Part shown: piece after piece, positions 63,147 to 64,000 of the stretch
Position numbering within the stretch: position 1 is the first letter of the stretch
Layout of the letters: the number at the start of each line of letters is the position of its first letter
From: Octopus vulgaris
Taxonomy: Eukaryota
Assembly: GCA_951406725.2 (NCBI GenBank)
Contig: OX597824.1
Span: 36,952,001-37,016,000 of the forward strand
DNA: 64,000 nt
Direction: 5' to 3'
Position numbers and translations under genes: made by a program
Notes under the pieces: generated by a model
What the model saw: the letters and a program-made list of their open reading frames with translations, nothing else
Databases searched by the model: none
What the model was told of the DNA's origin: nothing

Positions 63147-63575
63147 GAGTGAGCGAGTGACACTGGGGTAAAATATACAAAGCCGAGTATACCTATCATG
63201 ACTACCCATCTGATAAGGGTTCACCAGGCACATGCATCCCAACCATATGTGCGTGACATGGTGATCTCTTATCAAGATAAACAGCACATGACCTTGCAGG
63301 TGGGGCCCAGTTAGAATTTTCTTCAGGTTGAGTAGCCCATCCCGCTCAAAAGGTCCCTGAATAAGGGTTGTTTAAGGATGTTGAAAGAACCACCTATGTT
63401 TCCAGAGGTGAATTATTCAAACCCCAAAGAATCCCTCTCAACACATGGCTATGATGCTCCCCCACTACTTCTGCTTGTGATCAGAGTTGCACATATCGTC
63501 AGCCACTAAGGGACATGGTGAACTGGTTCAGGTCAAACAACTGACAAGCAAATCTGTGGTGTTGAGCAGAATATT
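63147..63575 (-). mobile_element. Interspersed repeat abutting a (TTA)n tract, possibly Dong-related
   Basis: Sharp compositional change after (TTA)n; same target context as the Dong fragment at 6667. Confidence 0.35.
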
Positions 63576-64000
63576 TGTTTTGCTGTGCTTCTCCCCTGTT
63601 CGTCAATTTTTGCAATGGCTGAAACAAAGGAACAGTGTGCTTCCATGAAATTCTGTTTTCTGCTGGGGGAAACAGCAACTGAAACTGTTGTCATGCTTTA
63701 AATAGCTTGCAAGGATGCTATGAGTGGTTTCCATGCTTTAGGAATGGTGCCTTATTGCTTGAAGACCAACCTTCTTAAGGACAACTGTCAACCTCCCAAG
63801 CAAATGAAAGCATCAGGAAAATTCATGAACTGATCTTGGAAGCCCATCACTAAACAATTGACAAGCTTGTTAATATGACTGGTGCATCCTGGAGCTCCTG
63901 CCAACGAATTTTGAGCAAGGAATTGTGAACAAAAAGGGTTGCAGCAAGATCAGAAGATCAAAAGCAGTCATGACCGAATGCATGTCATGAACTGAAAGAA
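63575..64000 (+). mobile_element. Degenerate mariner 5' part (runs off window)
   Basis: MAETKEQCASMKFCFLLG.TATETVVML transposase N-terminus, then decayed HTH region. Confidence 0.75.

Noticed and set aside
1-64000. CRISPR arrays, operons or other prokaryotic systems
   Set aside because: The sequence is clearly metazoan (spliceosomal introns, SINEs, microsatellites); no repeat-spacer arrays seen

Overview
AT-rich, repeat-dense animal genomic DNA. Its SINE, mariner and microsatellite repertoire looks like a coleoid cephalopod (Octopus); this is inferred from pattern recognition, not a search. Only one host protein-coding gene is supported: the first two coding exons of a minus-strand unconventional myosin (50108-50069 and 49655-49549). 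Joined, they read MVSVLDRPELTKE|GTRPQDGVRDMIIISNIDENGVNINLQTRYNKDLVY; my best guess is class XXII/MyTH4-FERM type. Exon 2 is followed by a perfect minor-spliceosome (U12) donor, GTATCCTTT. I found no exon 3 (TYTG.ILVAVNPY) in the remaining ~49.5 kb, so most of the window appears to be one very large U12-type intron. It is filled with tRNA-derived SINEs of several families, dead mariner, hAT and piggyBac-type elements, RTE and R4/Dong LINE fragments, and Penelope-like relics with degenerate hammerhead motifs. It also holds many long inverted repeats, a 5S rRNA pseudogene and a tRNA-Gly pseudogene. A CpG-retaining domain (~44.6-53.3 kb) surrounds the promoter. Almost all ORFs in the supplied track are microsatellite or SINE artefacts. 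Coordinates of repeats are read by eye and approximate unless a TSD or TIR is given.
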